This document shows positions 26,904-35,973 of a DNA stretch of 64,000 nt, piece by piece; the first letter of the stretch is position 1, and every line of letters begins with the position of its first letter. The position numbers were made by a program, and so were the translations under genes. Source of the stretch: Patescibacteria group bacterium (lineage in GTDB: Bacteria > Patescibacteriota > Patescibacteriia > SG8-24 > DYFX01); contig CP129476.1 of NCBI GenBank assembly GCA_030583805.1, positions 53,453-117,452 on the forward strand, in the 5' to 3' direction. The notes below the pieces were generated by a model. That model was given only the letters and a program-made list of their open reading frames with translations. It searched no databases and had not been told where the DNA came from.

Positions 26904-29255
26904 ATGAACATCGCCTACGTCGCCAACGTCCGCCTGCCGACCGAGAAGGCGCACGGGCTCCAGATCATGTCCATGTGCCGCGCGTTCGCGAGGAACGGCC
27001 ACCGCGTGCGGCTGGTCGTCCCGAAGCGCAAGAACATCCACGCCGAATCGCCGTGGGCGTTTTACGGTTTCAAAGAGGAATTTGAAATCGTCGAGGTGCC
27101 GATCTACGACTTCATTTCGCACGATCGCATCCTCGGCCGCTTCGCGCTCTGGCTGAACACGCTGCAATTCTTGGTGACGGCGCGCCGCGCCGTGCACGGG
27201 TTCAATCCCGACGTCGTCTACGCGCGTGAGCCGTGGTACGGCAGTCTCGCGCCGGAAGTCCCGCACGTCTTCGAGGCGCACGACTTCACGAATCGCGTCA
27301 CGCCGTTGCACCGCCGCTGGTGGAAGCGCGCCGCGAGAATCGTCGCCGTTACGGCGGGGCTCAAAAACGTTTTTGTCGCGCACGGCGTGCCGGAAGAAAA
27401 AATCGTCGTCGCGCACGACGGCGTCGACGAAGCCACCTTCGCCGTGCGCGAGACCAAAGCGGAAGCCCGGGCGGAACTCGGCCTGCCATCCGACGCGGTT
27501 CTTGCCATCTACACCGGACATCTCTACGCCTATAAAGGAGCGGATGACGTGCTGGATGCCGCCGCTTCGGTGCCGCCGCACGTCCGAATTCTTTTCGTTG
27601 GCGGCCGCCCTGACGACCTCGCGCGGCTCAAGGCGCGTGCAGCCGCGCTCCATGCGTCAAATGTCATTTTCGCGGGACGCGTGCCGCACGCCATGATTCC
27701 GGTGTATCTCCGCGCGGCTGACATCGCCGTGCTGCCGACGCGCGGAACCGACCGGCATGCCGCGGAATTTTTGTCGCCGCTCAAGCTCTTCGAATACCTG
27801 GCTGCCGGCAAGGCGCTCGTCGCGACCGATCTGCCTTCGGCGCGCGAAGTGCTGACGGATGCAACAGCCGTCTTCGTCCCGCCGTCCGATCCGACGGCGC
27901 TGGCGAAAGCCCTGAGTGATCTTGCAGCTTCGCCGGAACGCGTCGCCTCGTTAGAGCGCGAGAGCTTGCGACTCGCGGCGAATCATACGTGGCTGCGCCG
28001 CGTGGAAACCGTGCTGGCAGATTTGAAGCCGTCCGATGCCGTGCAACCTTGGTACGTTCGTTATCGCGTCGAGATCCTCTGCGCCGTTCTCGCGCTGGCT
28101 ATCCGCACGCTGTACGTTTCCTTTTTCCCGCAGTTCAAGTTTGAAGGCGGCGACGGGCCGATTTACATCGGCTTATCCGACTACGTGCGCGGCCTTGTCG
28201 ACGAGGTGCCGAAGAAAGACCTGCGCTTCTTCCCGATTGTCTACCCGTACTTCTTGGCGATGATCAGAAGCGTCTTCGGCAACGATCTCTTGTGGGTGCG
28301 TCTTGCCCAGGCTGCGCTTTCAGCCGCGACCGTCTTCGTCGGCGCGCTCGCCGCGCGTCTCTGGCTCGGCCGCGCGACCGGACTGCTCGCGGGCGTCCTG
28401 CTCGCCGTGTACGCGCCGCTCGTGCTCGAGAGCGGCATTATCTACACCGAAACGACGTATACGTTCCTGCTGACTTCGGCCGTCGTGCTCGGGGTGTTCG
28501 CGGTGCAGCGCGCGCGGCTCGCGTACGCCTTCGCGGCCGGCATCGGTTTCATGTTCGCGGGCCTCACGCGCGAGCTCGGTTTCTACCAAGCGCTACTCTT
28601 CGGAATCTTCGCGCTCGCGTGGCGTCGTTCCTGGAAAATGGCGGCGCTGCTCATGATCCCGACCTTGCTCGCGCTCGGAGGATTGTCGATTCGGAACGCC
28701 GCGATCGCGGAAAAGCACGCGCTTACGTCCGCTCCGCTCGTCTCCAAAAATTATGAAAAGGATTTGTTCGAGCCGACCCTGGTTGAGTTCCTCTTTTCGC
28801 CGTCGCGCTGGCATCTGTACGTCGAGGGCTCGTATCTCTATTGGCGCTTCCCGTATCGCCTGAGCGATTTGGGAACGGGGGAGCCGGTCGATGGCAAGAC
28901 GAATCCGGACGGCGACGTGGTCTATCACTTGAGCACGAAGCCGGGTTCCTTCATGGCGATTCAGCCAGCGCATCAGATTGCCGGAAAATGGTTCCTGGTT
29001 TTGACGCATTGGTTCCTACTGGTTCTCGCGGCCTACGGCCTTTGGAGAGGCCGTCTTCCGAAAGAGGCGAAGATCGGTTTCCTGATCGCTATCCTGTTCG
29101 CGTGGGGCACGATCATGCTCGGCGGCTTGCACCGCGTGCAGGGATTCGAGGGTTTTGAACCGCTCGCGCGCTACCGGTTCCCGACGGAAGTGCTGATACT
29201 TCTCTTGGCCGTCTCCGGCGCGCAGGCGCTCGGCGTACGCAAGAAGAAAACGTGA
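26904..29255 (+). CDS. GT4 glycosyltransferase fused to a C-terminal polytopic GT-C-like (ArnT/PMT_2-like) membrane domain
   Basis: 784 aa from ATG 26904 (AGGGGAG RBS). N-terminal ~390 aa GT4 (TRGTDRHAAEFLSPLKLFEYLAAGKALVATD). C-terminal ~390 aa with about 10 TM segments and GT-C-like loops. Confidence 0.75.
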   Translation: MNIAYVANVRLPTEKAHGLQIMSMCRAFARNGHRVRLVVPKRKNIHAESPWAFYGFKEEFEIVEVPIYDFISHDRILGRFALWLNTLQFLVTARRAVHGFNPDVVYAREPWYGSLAPEVPHVFEAHDFTNRVTPLHRRWWKRAARIVAVTAGLKNVFVAHGVPEEKIVVAHDGVDEATFAVRETKAEARAELGLPSDAVLAIYTGHLYAYKGADDVLDAAASVPPHVRILFVGGRPDDLARLKARAAALHASNVIFAGRVPHAMIPVYLRAADIAVLPTRGTDRHAAEFLSPLKLFEYLAAGKALVATDLPSAREVLTDATAVFVPPSDPTALAKALSDLAASPERVASLERESLRLAANHTWLRRVETVLADLKPSDAVQPWYVRYRVEILCAVLALAIRTLYVSFFPQFKFEGGDGPIYIGLSDYVRGLVDEVPKKDLRFFPIVYPYFLAMIRSVFGNDLLWVRLAQAALSAATVFVGALAARLWLGRATGLLAGVLLAVYAPLVLESGIIYTETTYTFLLTSAVVLGVFAVQRARLAYAFAAGIGFMFAGLTRELGFYQALLFGIFALAWRRSWKMAALLMIPTLLALGGLSIRNAAIAEKHALTSAPLVSKNYEKDLFEPTLVEFLFSPSRWHLYVEGSYLYWRFPYRLSDLGTGEPVDGKTNPDGDVVYHLSTKPGSFMAIQPAHQIAGKWFLVLTHWFLLVLAAYGLWRGRLPKEAKIGFLIAILFAWGTIMLGGLHRVQGFEGFEPLARYRFPTEVLILLLAVSGAQALGVRKKKT

Positions 29256-29256
29256 T

Positions 29257-30075
29257 ATGGATTCTTCGCAGATCAAAGGCTTTTACGAAACCTACGGCGA
29301 CCGCATTGTCGAGAAGCGGTTGAATTCTCCGTATCCGCTGCGCCGTTACGCGCACCGCATGGGGTATGAGACGATCGCCAAGTTCATCCAGCCCGGCGAG
29401 ACGGTGCTCGACGCCGGTTGCGGCGAAGGCGTGCTTTCGTGGTACCTGGCCGAGCGCGGCGCCAACGTGACGGCCATCGACATCTCGAAACCGAACGTGG
29501 AAAACGCGCGGGCGTTTCTGGAAAAGAAAGGCGTCCTTGATCGCGTCACCGTCATGCAGGGCGACGCCGAGCATCTGCCGTTCGGAGACGAAAGTTTCGA
29601 TTGGGTGGTTTCGTCGCACGTGCTCGAGCACTTGCCCGATTTCGACCAAGGCCTGGCGGAGATCCGCCGCGTCACGAAAAAACGCGCGATCGTCGCGCTG
29701 CCCACCTGCCTGAACCTCGCCGGCGCTTCGCAGCTCGGCGGCGCCGATTTCTGGCGCCTCTCCAAGCGCATGCTTCTCGCATTGCCGTGGGGACTCGTGC
29801 GCATCCTTCTGAATCTCGGGCGCGAAGGCGTGCAGGAAGGCTATGCCGGCGTCGGCGAGCTGCCGCATATTTGGCGCTACCCGACGGTCATGCGCCGCCG
29901 TTTGAAAAAAGGGGGATTCGCCATCAAGCGTTTTGAAGCCGCGACGATCATGCTGCCGTATTTCAATTTCTTCTTGCCTCTTGTGAAGCTGCTCGATCGC
30001 GCGAAACATCTGCCGGTGCTGCGCGATTTCGGGTACGGCTCGATCGCGGTTTTGGAAAAAGAAAAAACCCCGTAG
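29257..30075 (+). CDS. class I SAM-dependent methyltransferase
   Basis: 272 aa. Motif I VLDAGCGEG and post-I acidic residue. Methyltransf_11-like. Confidence 0.8.
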   Translation: MDSSQIKGFYETYGDRIVEKRLNSPYPLRRYAHRMGYETIAKFIQPGETVLDAGCGEGVLSWYLAERGANVTAIDISKPNVENARAFLEKKGVLDRVTVMQGDAEHLPFGDESFDWVVSSHVLEHLPDFDQGLAEIRRVTKKRAIVALPTCLNLAGASQLGGADFWRLSKRMLLALPWGLVRILLNLGREGVQEGYAGVGELPHIWRYPTVMRRRLKKGGFAIKRFEAATIMLPYFNFFLPLVKLLDRAKHLPVLRDFGYGSIAVLEKEKTP

Positions 30076-30085
30076 GAGCGGGGCT

Positions 30086-30715
30086 TCAGGGATCGAAGAC
30101 GAACAGGGCGCGCGCGCCGACTTTGCCGAGTTCGTGCAGCCAGGCGTGCCAGACGCGCGCGACGGCGAGCGAGACGGGCTCTGTGCGGAGCTGCCGCCAC
30201 TCGTCCGTCTCGGCGCTCTCCGCTTCCTGCAGCCAGCGGGCGAGCGTGCCGCACTGTTCCCAGAGCAAAGGAGGTTTCAAGGCCGGATGGAACGTCTTCA
30301 GATGTTCCTTCGCAGCCTCGTCCTCGAGCGCGCGCAGCGCATTGTGTTTCGGTCCCACGCGGGCGAACGTTCCTTCGAGACCGATCGAGAAATCGGGATC
30401 GATGACGTCGCCTTGGGTGCGCGCCAGTTCGGCATCCAGCTCGTCCTGGTACTCGTACACGAGGATGTGCGGCGCGACCGTCTCGGACGGCGCGTTGTCC
30501 AACGTTTCAAAGAGCTTGCCGAGCAGCGTGCTGACGACGCAGATGCCTGCTCGCTGATGCGCGCTCCAGCTCAAGTGCGCGAAGCGCTTGTGAACGATCT
30601 TTTCGAGTCGCGTGACGCCCCCGAAGCTCAGAGGTTGGCCATGCGGCCGCCAAGCCGTTCGATCCTCTCCGATGTTCTCCGGATACAGAAATCGCAATTC
30701 CAAATCGAATCCCAT
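30086..30715 (-). CDS. hypothetical protein
   Basis: 209 aa. No recognisable domain. Convergent with the methyltransferase. Confidence 0.45.
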   Translation of the reverse strand: MGFDLELRFLYPENIGEDRTAWRPHGQPLSFGGVTRLEKIVHKRFAHLSWSAHQRAGICVVSTLLGKLFETLDNAPSETVAPHILVYEYQDELDAELARTQGDVIDPDFSIGLEGTFARVGPKHNALRALEDEAAKEHLKTFHPALKPPLLWEQCGTLARWLQEAESAETDEWRQLRTEPVSLAVARVWHAWLHELGKVGARALFVFDP

Positions 30716-30767
30716 GGTTCCTTCGTTCGGTTGGATGCGCGCACGCTATCCGAGGGCGGCGTCTGCG

Positions 30768-32084
30768 TCAACGGCCTTTTCGCTTCAGCACGCTGTACAC
30801 CGTCTTCAGAATGATCGCCGCGTCGAGCGCGAGCGAACGGTATTTCAAGTAGTAGAGATCGTGGCGCAGTTTCACGACATGGTCTTCGCGCGAAGCGGCA
30901 TACGGGGCCGAAACTTGCGCCCAGCCCGTGAGTCCCGGACGCACGAGGTGCCGCACCGGAAAGAGGGGAATTGTTTTTGCGAGCTCGTCCTCGATTTCCG
31001 GACGTTCCGGACGCGGACCGACGAAACTCATCTCGCCGCGCAGGATGTTCCAAATTTGGGGCAGCTCGTCGAGGCGCGTCGCGCGCAGCAGCCGGCCGAT
31101 GTGCGTGACGCGCGGGTCGCCCTCTTGCGCGAAGGCGGCGCCGTGCTTCTCGGCATCGACGTGCATCGTGCGGAACTTCAACATCATGAACGGCCGGCCG
31201 CCTTTGCCGACGCGCGTCTGTCGGTAGAGAACCGGGCCGCGGTCTTCAATCCAAATCGCGAAAGCGATGACGGGCGAAAGCAAGAGCGTCGGAATCGCGA
31301 ACAGGACGCCACCCAAGACGTCGCCCAAGTGCTTAACGTGCTCATAGATTGCCGAGTCCTGATGCGCGAGGTTATCGAGAATCCAGCGCTCGTCGAGCGC
31401 AGACTCCGGAACCGAATGGCGGATCTTTTCGTAAAAACTCGGAAAGTCGACGATCGTGACGGACTGGAAAAACGTCCGATACAAGCGCGCCGTCAGATCG
31501 GCGCTGCCTTGCAGCGTGCGCGCGACGACGATCATGTCGCAGGCGGGGAGGCGCGTCTCCGTCATTTCATGCACGACGCCGACGGGCGTGTATCCGAGGT
31601 TCGGATTGGTTTCGAGGACGGCTCGGAGCGCGCGCGCTTCTTCTCCGCCGCCCAGGAACAAGACGCGCAGCCGGAAGCGCGGCAGGGAGAACAAGTGCAT
31701 GGTGCAGATGCGCCAGCCGATAAAGAGCGCGGCGAAGAGGACGAGCACGATGACCAGGTTCGTTTTCGGCGTGATGCCGAACCCGGGCGTGAAGTAGAAG
31801 ACCGCCATGGAAACCAGGAACGCGGCGAAGATCGCTTCCGTCGCGCGTCCGAGCAGCTCGATGCGGCTGCGCAGCGCGCCGAAATCATACAGGCCGACGA
31901 TGTAGAAAATCGCGATCCACAAAAGGAAGACGGCGGTGAAGGGCCGCGCGTGTCCTTGCCACTGCACCGGGAGCGCGGCGTCGCCGTAACGCACAAGCAG
32001 CGTCAGGAGCAACGCCGAATAGGCCGCAAGCAAATCGCCCGCGGCAAGAATAGCCAATTTCAATCGGCGATGATCGCCGTTCAT
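30768..32084 (-). CDS. polyprenyl-phosphate sugar phosphotransferase (WbaP / bacterial sugar transferase family), initiating enzyme
   Basis: 438 aa. N-terminal TM segments. C-terminal Bac_transf domain (PVLYRQTRVGKGGRPFMMLKFRTM...DELPQIWNILRGEMSFVGPRPERPE). Confidence 0.9.
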   Translation of the reverse strand: MNGDHRRLKLAILAAGDLLAAYSALLLTLLVRYGDAALPVQWQGHARPFTAVFLLWIAIFYIVGLYDFGALRSRIELLGRATEAIFAAFLVSMAVFYFTPGFGITPKTNLVIVLVLFAALFIGWRICTMHLFSLPRFRLRVLFLGGGEEARALRAVLETNPNLGYTPVGVVHEMTETRLPACDMIVVARTLQGSADLTARLYRTFFQSVTIVDFPSFYEKIRHSVPESALDERWILDNLAHQDSAIYEHVKHLGDVLGGVLFAIPTLLLSPVIAFAIWIEDRGPVLYRQTRVGKGGRPFMMLKFRTMHVDAEKHGAAFAQEGDPRVTHIGRLLRATRLDELPQIWNILRGEMSFVGPRPERPEIEDELAKTIPLFPVRHLVRPGLTGWAQVSAPYAASREDHVVKLRHDLYYLKYRSLALDAAIILKTVYSVLKRKGR

Positions 32085-32158
32085 AACGAGTCAAGAATAG
32101 CTTTTTCAGGCTTGAAAAGCAAGGGTGTTCAGGGTACGCTTGCCTGAGCATTCGCCGT

Positions 32159-33250
32159 ATGAAGATCGCCTTTCTCACGACAACGCTGGACGAGACGGTC
32201 GGCTGGGGCCGCTACGCCGCCGGTTTTTTGGCGGAAGCGCGTCGCCGCAACGGCATTGAAAACGTCATCGCGCCGAATCCGGCGCGCTTGCGTTCAACCG
32301 AAATCCGATGGAAGCAGCCGTTCCTGGCGCTGCTCGACGCGTTCGTCCTTTGGCGTGAAGTCAAAGATTGCGACGTACTTCACGCGGCCATCGAGCCGGC
32401 CGCGCCGCTCGCGTATTTTTTGTCGCTGCTCACGGGCAAACCGTTCGTCGTTTCGGTGTGCGGAACGTTCGCCGATCTCGATTCATATTCCAAGCCGGTG
32501 CGCTGGCTGTACCGCCGCGCGTTCCGTTCCGCCGACCGCATGGCGATTTTGAGCCGCTACACGCTCAGGGTTTTCGAGCGCGGCGTGCAAGACGCGAAAA
32601 CGACGATCGTGTACGGCGGCTTCGTGCCTCCGGCACACGCGCCGAAGAAAACGGGGATCAGCGCCGAACGCAGGATTTTGGCCGTCGGCGCCGTGAAGCC
32701 GCGCAAGGGATTCCACACGCTGCTTGAAGCGCTGGGCCGATTGAAACGCGAAGGGTTTGCCTTCAAAGCCGATTGCGTCGGTCCGAAAGACGCTTCGCGC
32801 TACACCGAACAGCTCGACAAACGCCTGGTCGAACTCGGCCTTGAAGACCATGTGACGTTTCACGGACGCGTTTCCGAAGACGCGCTCAACCGGTTTTATG
32901 CCGATGCCGACCTGTTCGTGCTTCCGTCCGAGCACAGCGGCACCGCGTTCGAAGGCCTCGGCCTCGTCTATCTTGAAGCAATGGCCTACGGCGTGCCGGT
33001 CATCGGTTGTCTCGACTCGGGCGCCGAAGACGTCATTCGCGACGGCGAGAACGGGCGGCTCGTTCCGCCCGGAAACGTCGAAACGCTCGCCGAAACCATC
33101 CGGCAGATGCTGGTCGATGAAGCGCAATGGAAAAAAATGTCCGAGGCTGCGCCCGGAAGCATCGACCGTTTCCGCTGGGAATCCGTCGGCGCCGACATGA
33201 ACGACGCCTACAAGGCGGCGATCAAGGAACGGGCATGTGAGAGTGCATAA
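32159..33250 (+). CDS. glycosyltransferase family 4
   Basis: 363 aa. GT4 motif (PSEHSGTAFEGLGLVYLEAMAYGVPVIGCLDSGAEDVIRDGENGRLV). Confidence 0.85.
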   Translation: MKIAFLTTTLDETVGWGRYAAGFLAEARRRNGIENVIAPNPARLRSTEIRWKQPFLALLDAFVLWREVKDCDVLHAAIEPAAPLAYFLSLLTGKPFVVSVCGTFADLDSYSKPVRWLYRRAFRSADRMAILSRYTLRVFERGVQDAKTTIVYGGFVPPAHAPKKTGISAERRILAVGAVKPRKGFHTLLEALGRLKREGFAFKADCVGPKDASRYTEQLDKRLVELGLEDHVTFHGRVSEDALNRFYADADLFVLPSEHSGTAFEGLGLVYLEAMAYGVPVIGCLDSGAEDVIRDGENGRLVPPGNVETLAETIRQMLVDEAQWKKMSEAAPGSIDRFRWESVGADMNDAYKAAIKERACESA

Positions 33251-33324
33251 CTATACCAATGTCGGATTTTGATTAGATGTGCTAACCTTAAGCTGCATCT
33301 TTTAAGATAGGTATATACAATACT

Positions 33325-35913
33325 ATGCGACACAAGCGCTCGCGCGTGTTTCATCGTTTTATTAACGGCTTTTGCGGATTCGTCATAGTGTTTGCCGGAT
33401 CCTTTTTCTTTAGTGCGTCTGCGGATGCTGGGAGTATCTCCTTCGACGCCAAGAGCCAAGGCAGCGCCACCAGCGCTACGTCCGTCACGGTGTCCCACAC
33501 GACCGGCTCCGGCAGCAACCGCGTGATGTTCGTCCAGCTCTACATGACCCCGCACACCGGACTCACGCCGGCCGACTGCACCTACAATGGCGATGCGCTC
33601 ACGAATCTGGTCGCCCTGCCCTACAACGGAGGCGGCAACGCCAACGTTTACGTCTATCAGCTCGTGGCTCCCGATTCCGGCACGCACGACATCGTCTGCG
33701 ACGGGCCTGACAGCACCGACTACTATCTGACGGCCGCGACGTACGCAGGAGCGGCTCAGTCTCTCGCGACCGGCAGCGCCATCGCTTCGTATTCCAGCAA
33801 CAGCAGCTTCACCACCAAGACGCTTACGCCGACCGCGCTCACGGCCGGCAGCTGGATCTTCGGCGGCGGCGCGACCGAAGACAGCACCTTCACGAACGGA
33901 ACCAACTGCACGCTGCTCTACAGCGGCGCCCACACGGCGTGCGACAGCAACGGACCGGTCGGATCCGGATCCCAGAACCAGATATTCAACGCGAACGCCT
34001 CGACGCGTTTCCAGATCGTCGCCGTGGCGTTTGCGGAGGCCGAAACGCCGACCTCCATCTCCTTCGACGCCAAGAGCCAAGGCAGCGCCACCAGCGCTAC
34101 GTCCGTCACGGTGTCCCACACGACCGGCTCCGGCAGCAACCGCGTGATGTTCGTCCAGCTCTACATGACCCCGCACACCGGACTCACGCCGGCCGACTGC
34201 ACCTACAATGGCGATGCGCTCACGAATCTGGTCGCCCTGCCCTACAACGGAGGCGGCAACGCCAACGTTTACGTCTATCAGCTCGTGGCTCCCGATTCCG
34301 GCACGCACGACATCGTCTGCGACGGGCCTGACAGCACCGACTACTATCTGACGGCCGCGACGTACGCAGGAGCGGCTCAGTCTCTCGCGACCGGCAGCGC
34401 CATCGCTTCGTATTCCAGCAACAGCAGCTTCACCACCAAGACGCTTACGCCGACCGCGCTCACGGCCGGCAGCTGGATCTTCGGCGGCGGCGCGACCGAA
34501 GACAGCACCTTCACGAACGGAACCAACTGCACGCTGCTCTACAGCGGCGCCCACACGGCGTGCGACAGCAACGGACCGGTCGGATCCGGATCCCAGAACC
34601 AGATATTCAACGCGAACGCCTCGACGCGTTTCCAGATCGTCGCCGTGGCGTTTGCGGAGGCCGAAACGCCGACCTCCATCTCCTTCGACGCCAAGAGCCA
34701 AGGCAGCGCCACCAGCGCTACGTCCGTCACGGTGTCCCACACGACCGGCTCCGGCAGCAACCGCGTGATGTTCGTCCAGCTCTACATGACCCCGCACACC
34801 GGACTCACGCCGGCCGACTGCACCTACAATGGCGATGCGCTCACGAATCTGGTCGCCCTGCCCTACAACGGAGGCGGCAACGCCAACATTTACGTCTATC
34901 AGCTCGTGGCTCCCGATTCCGGCACGCACGACATCGTCTGCGACGGGCCTGACAGCACCGACTACTATCTGACGGCCGCGACGTACGCAGGAGCGGCTCA
35001 GTCTCTCGCGACCGGCAGCGCCATCGCTTCGTATTCCAGCAACAGCAGCTTCACCACCAAGACGCTTACGCCGACCGCGCTCACGGCCGGCAGCTGGATC
35101 TTCGGCGGCGGCGCGACCGAAGACAGCACCTTCACGAACGGAACCAACTGCACGCTGCTCTACAGCGGCGCCCACACGGCGTGCGACAGCAACGGACCGG
35201 TCGGATCCGGATCCCAGAACCAGATATTCAACGCGAACGCCTCGACGCGTTTCCAGATCGTCGCCGTGGCGTTTGCGGAGGCCGAAACGCCGACCTCCAT
35301 CTCCTTCGACGCCAAGAGCCAAGGCAGCGCCACCAGCGCTACGTCCGTCACGGTGTCCCACACGACCGGCTCCGGCAGCAACCGCGTGATGTTCGTCCAG
35401 CTCTACATGACCCCGCACACCGGACTCACGCCGGCCGACTGCACCTACAATGGCGATGCGCTCACGAATCTGGTCGCCCTGCCCTACAACGGAGGCGGCA
35501 ACGCCAACGTTTACGTCTATCAGCTCGTGGCTCCCGATTCCGGCACGCACGACATCGTCTGCGACGGGCCTGACAGCACCGACTACTATCTGACGGCCGC
35601 GACGTACGCAGGAGCGGCTCAGTCTCTCGCGACCGGCAGCGCCATCGCTTCGTATTCCAGCAACAGCAGCTTCACCACCAAGACGCTTACGCCGACCGCG
35701 CTCACGGCCGGCAGCTGGATCTTCGGCGGCGGCGCGACCGAAGACAGCACCTTCACGAACGGAACCAACTGCACGCTGCTCTACAGCGGCGCCCACACGG
35801 CGTGCGACAGCAACGGACCGGTCGGGTCCGGATCCCAGAACCAGATATTCAACGCGAACGCCTCGACGCGTTTCCAGATCGTCGCCGTGGCGTTTGCGGA
35901 GGTGGGTGACTAA
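33325..35913 (+). CDS. secreted repeat protein: signal peptide + four near-identical 207-aa tandem domains (Ser/Thr/Gly-rich, 4 Cys each)
   Basis: 862 aa. N-terminal signal peptide (FVIVFAGSFFFSASADA). The unit SISFDAKSQGSATSATSVTVSHTTGSGSNRVMFVQLY...AFAEAETPT repeats 4 times. The long antisense ORF (R-rich) was judged a shadow. Confidence 0.75.
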   Translation: MRHKRSRVFHRFINGFCGFVIVFAGSFFFSASADAGSISFDAKSQGSATSATSVTVSHTTGSGSNRVMFVQLYMTPHTGLTPADCTYNGDALTNLVALPYNGGGNANVYVYQLVAPDSGTHDIVCDGPDSTDYYLTAATYAGAAQSLATGSAIASYSSNSSFTTKTLTPTALTAGSWIFGGGATEDSTFTNGTNCTLLYSGAHTACDSNGPVGSGSQNQIFNANASTRFQIVAVAFAEAETPTSISFDAKSQGSATSATSVTVSHTTGSGSNRVMFVQLYMTPHTGLTPADCTYNGDALTNLVALPYNGGGNANVYVYQLVAPDSGTHDIVCDGPDSTDYYLTAATYAGAAQSLATGSAIASYSSNSSFTTKTLTPTALTAGSWIFGGGATEDSTFTNGTNCTLLYSGAHTACDSNGPVGSGSQNQIFNANASTRFQIVAVAFAEAETPTSISFDAKSQGSATSATSVTVSHTTGSGSNRVMFVQLYMTPHTGLTPADCTYNGDALTNLVALPYNGGGNANIYVYQLVAPDSGTHDIVCDGPDSTDYYLTAATYAGAAQSLATGSAIASYSSNSSFTTKTLTPTALTAGSWIFGGGATEDSTFTNGTNCTLLYSGAHTACDSNGPVGSGSQNQIFNANASTRFQIVAVAFAEAETPTSISFDAKSQGSATSATSVTVSHTTGSGSNRVMFVQLYMTPHTGLTPADCTYNGDALTNLVALPYNGGGNANVYVYQLVAPDSGTHDIVCDGPDSTDYYLTAATYAGAAQSLATGSAIASYSSNSSFTTKTLTPTALTAGSWIFGGGATEDSTFTNGTNCTLLYSGAHTACDSNGPVGSGSQNQIFNANASTRFQIVAVAFAEVGD
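33436..35903. repeat. tandem direct repeat, 621-bp unit x ~4, >99% identical
   Basis: Identical six-frame sub-ORFs recur at 33918/34539/35160 and 33939/34560/35181, offset by exactly 621 bp. Differences seen are GTT/ATT in copy 3 and GGA/GGG in copy 4. Confidence 0.9.
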
Positions 35914-35927
35914 GCTATTGAAAAATA

Positions 35928-35957
35928 CCGGAGCGGTGCAGACCGCCCCGGTTTTTT
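35928..35957 (+). terminator. intrinsic terminator after repeat-protein gene
   Basis: Hairpin CCGGAGCGGT-GCAG-ACCGCCCCGG followed by TTTTTT. Confidence 0.7.
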
Positions 35958-35973
35958 CATTGCCGAAGCGGAA

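Noticed and set aside
33436-35903. Tandem repeats as a possible CRISPR array
   Set aside because: The unit is 621 bp, protein-coding and in frame, with no short repeat-spacer structure. It is not a CRISPR array.
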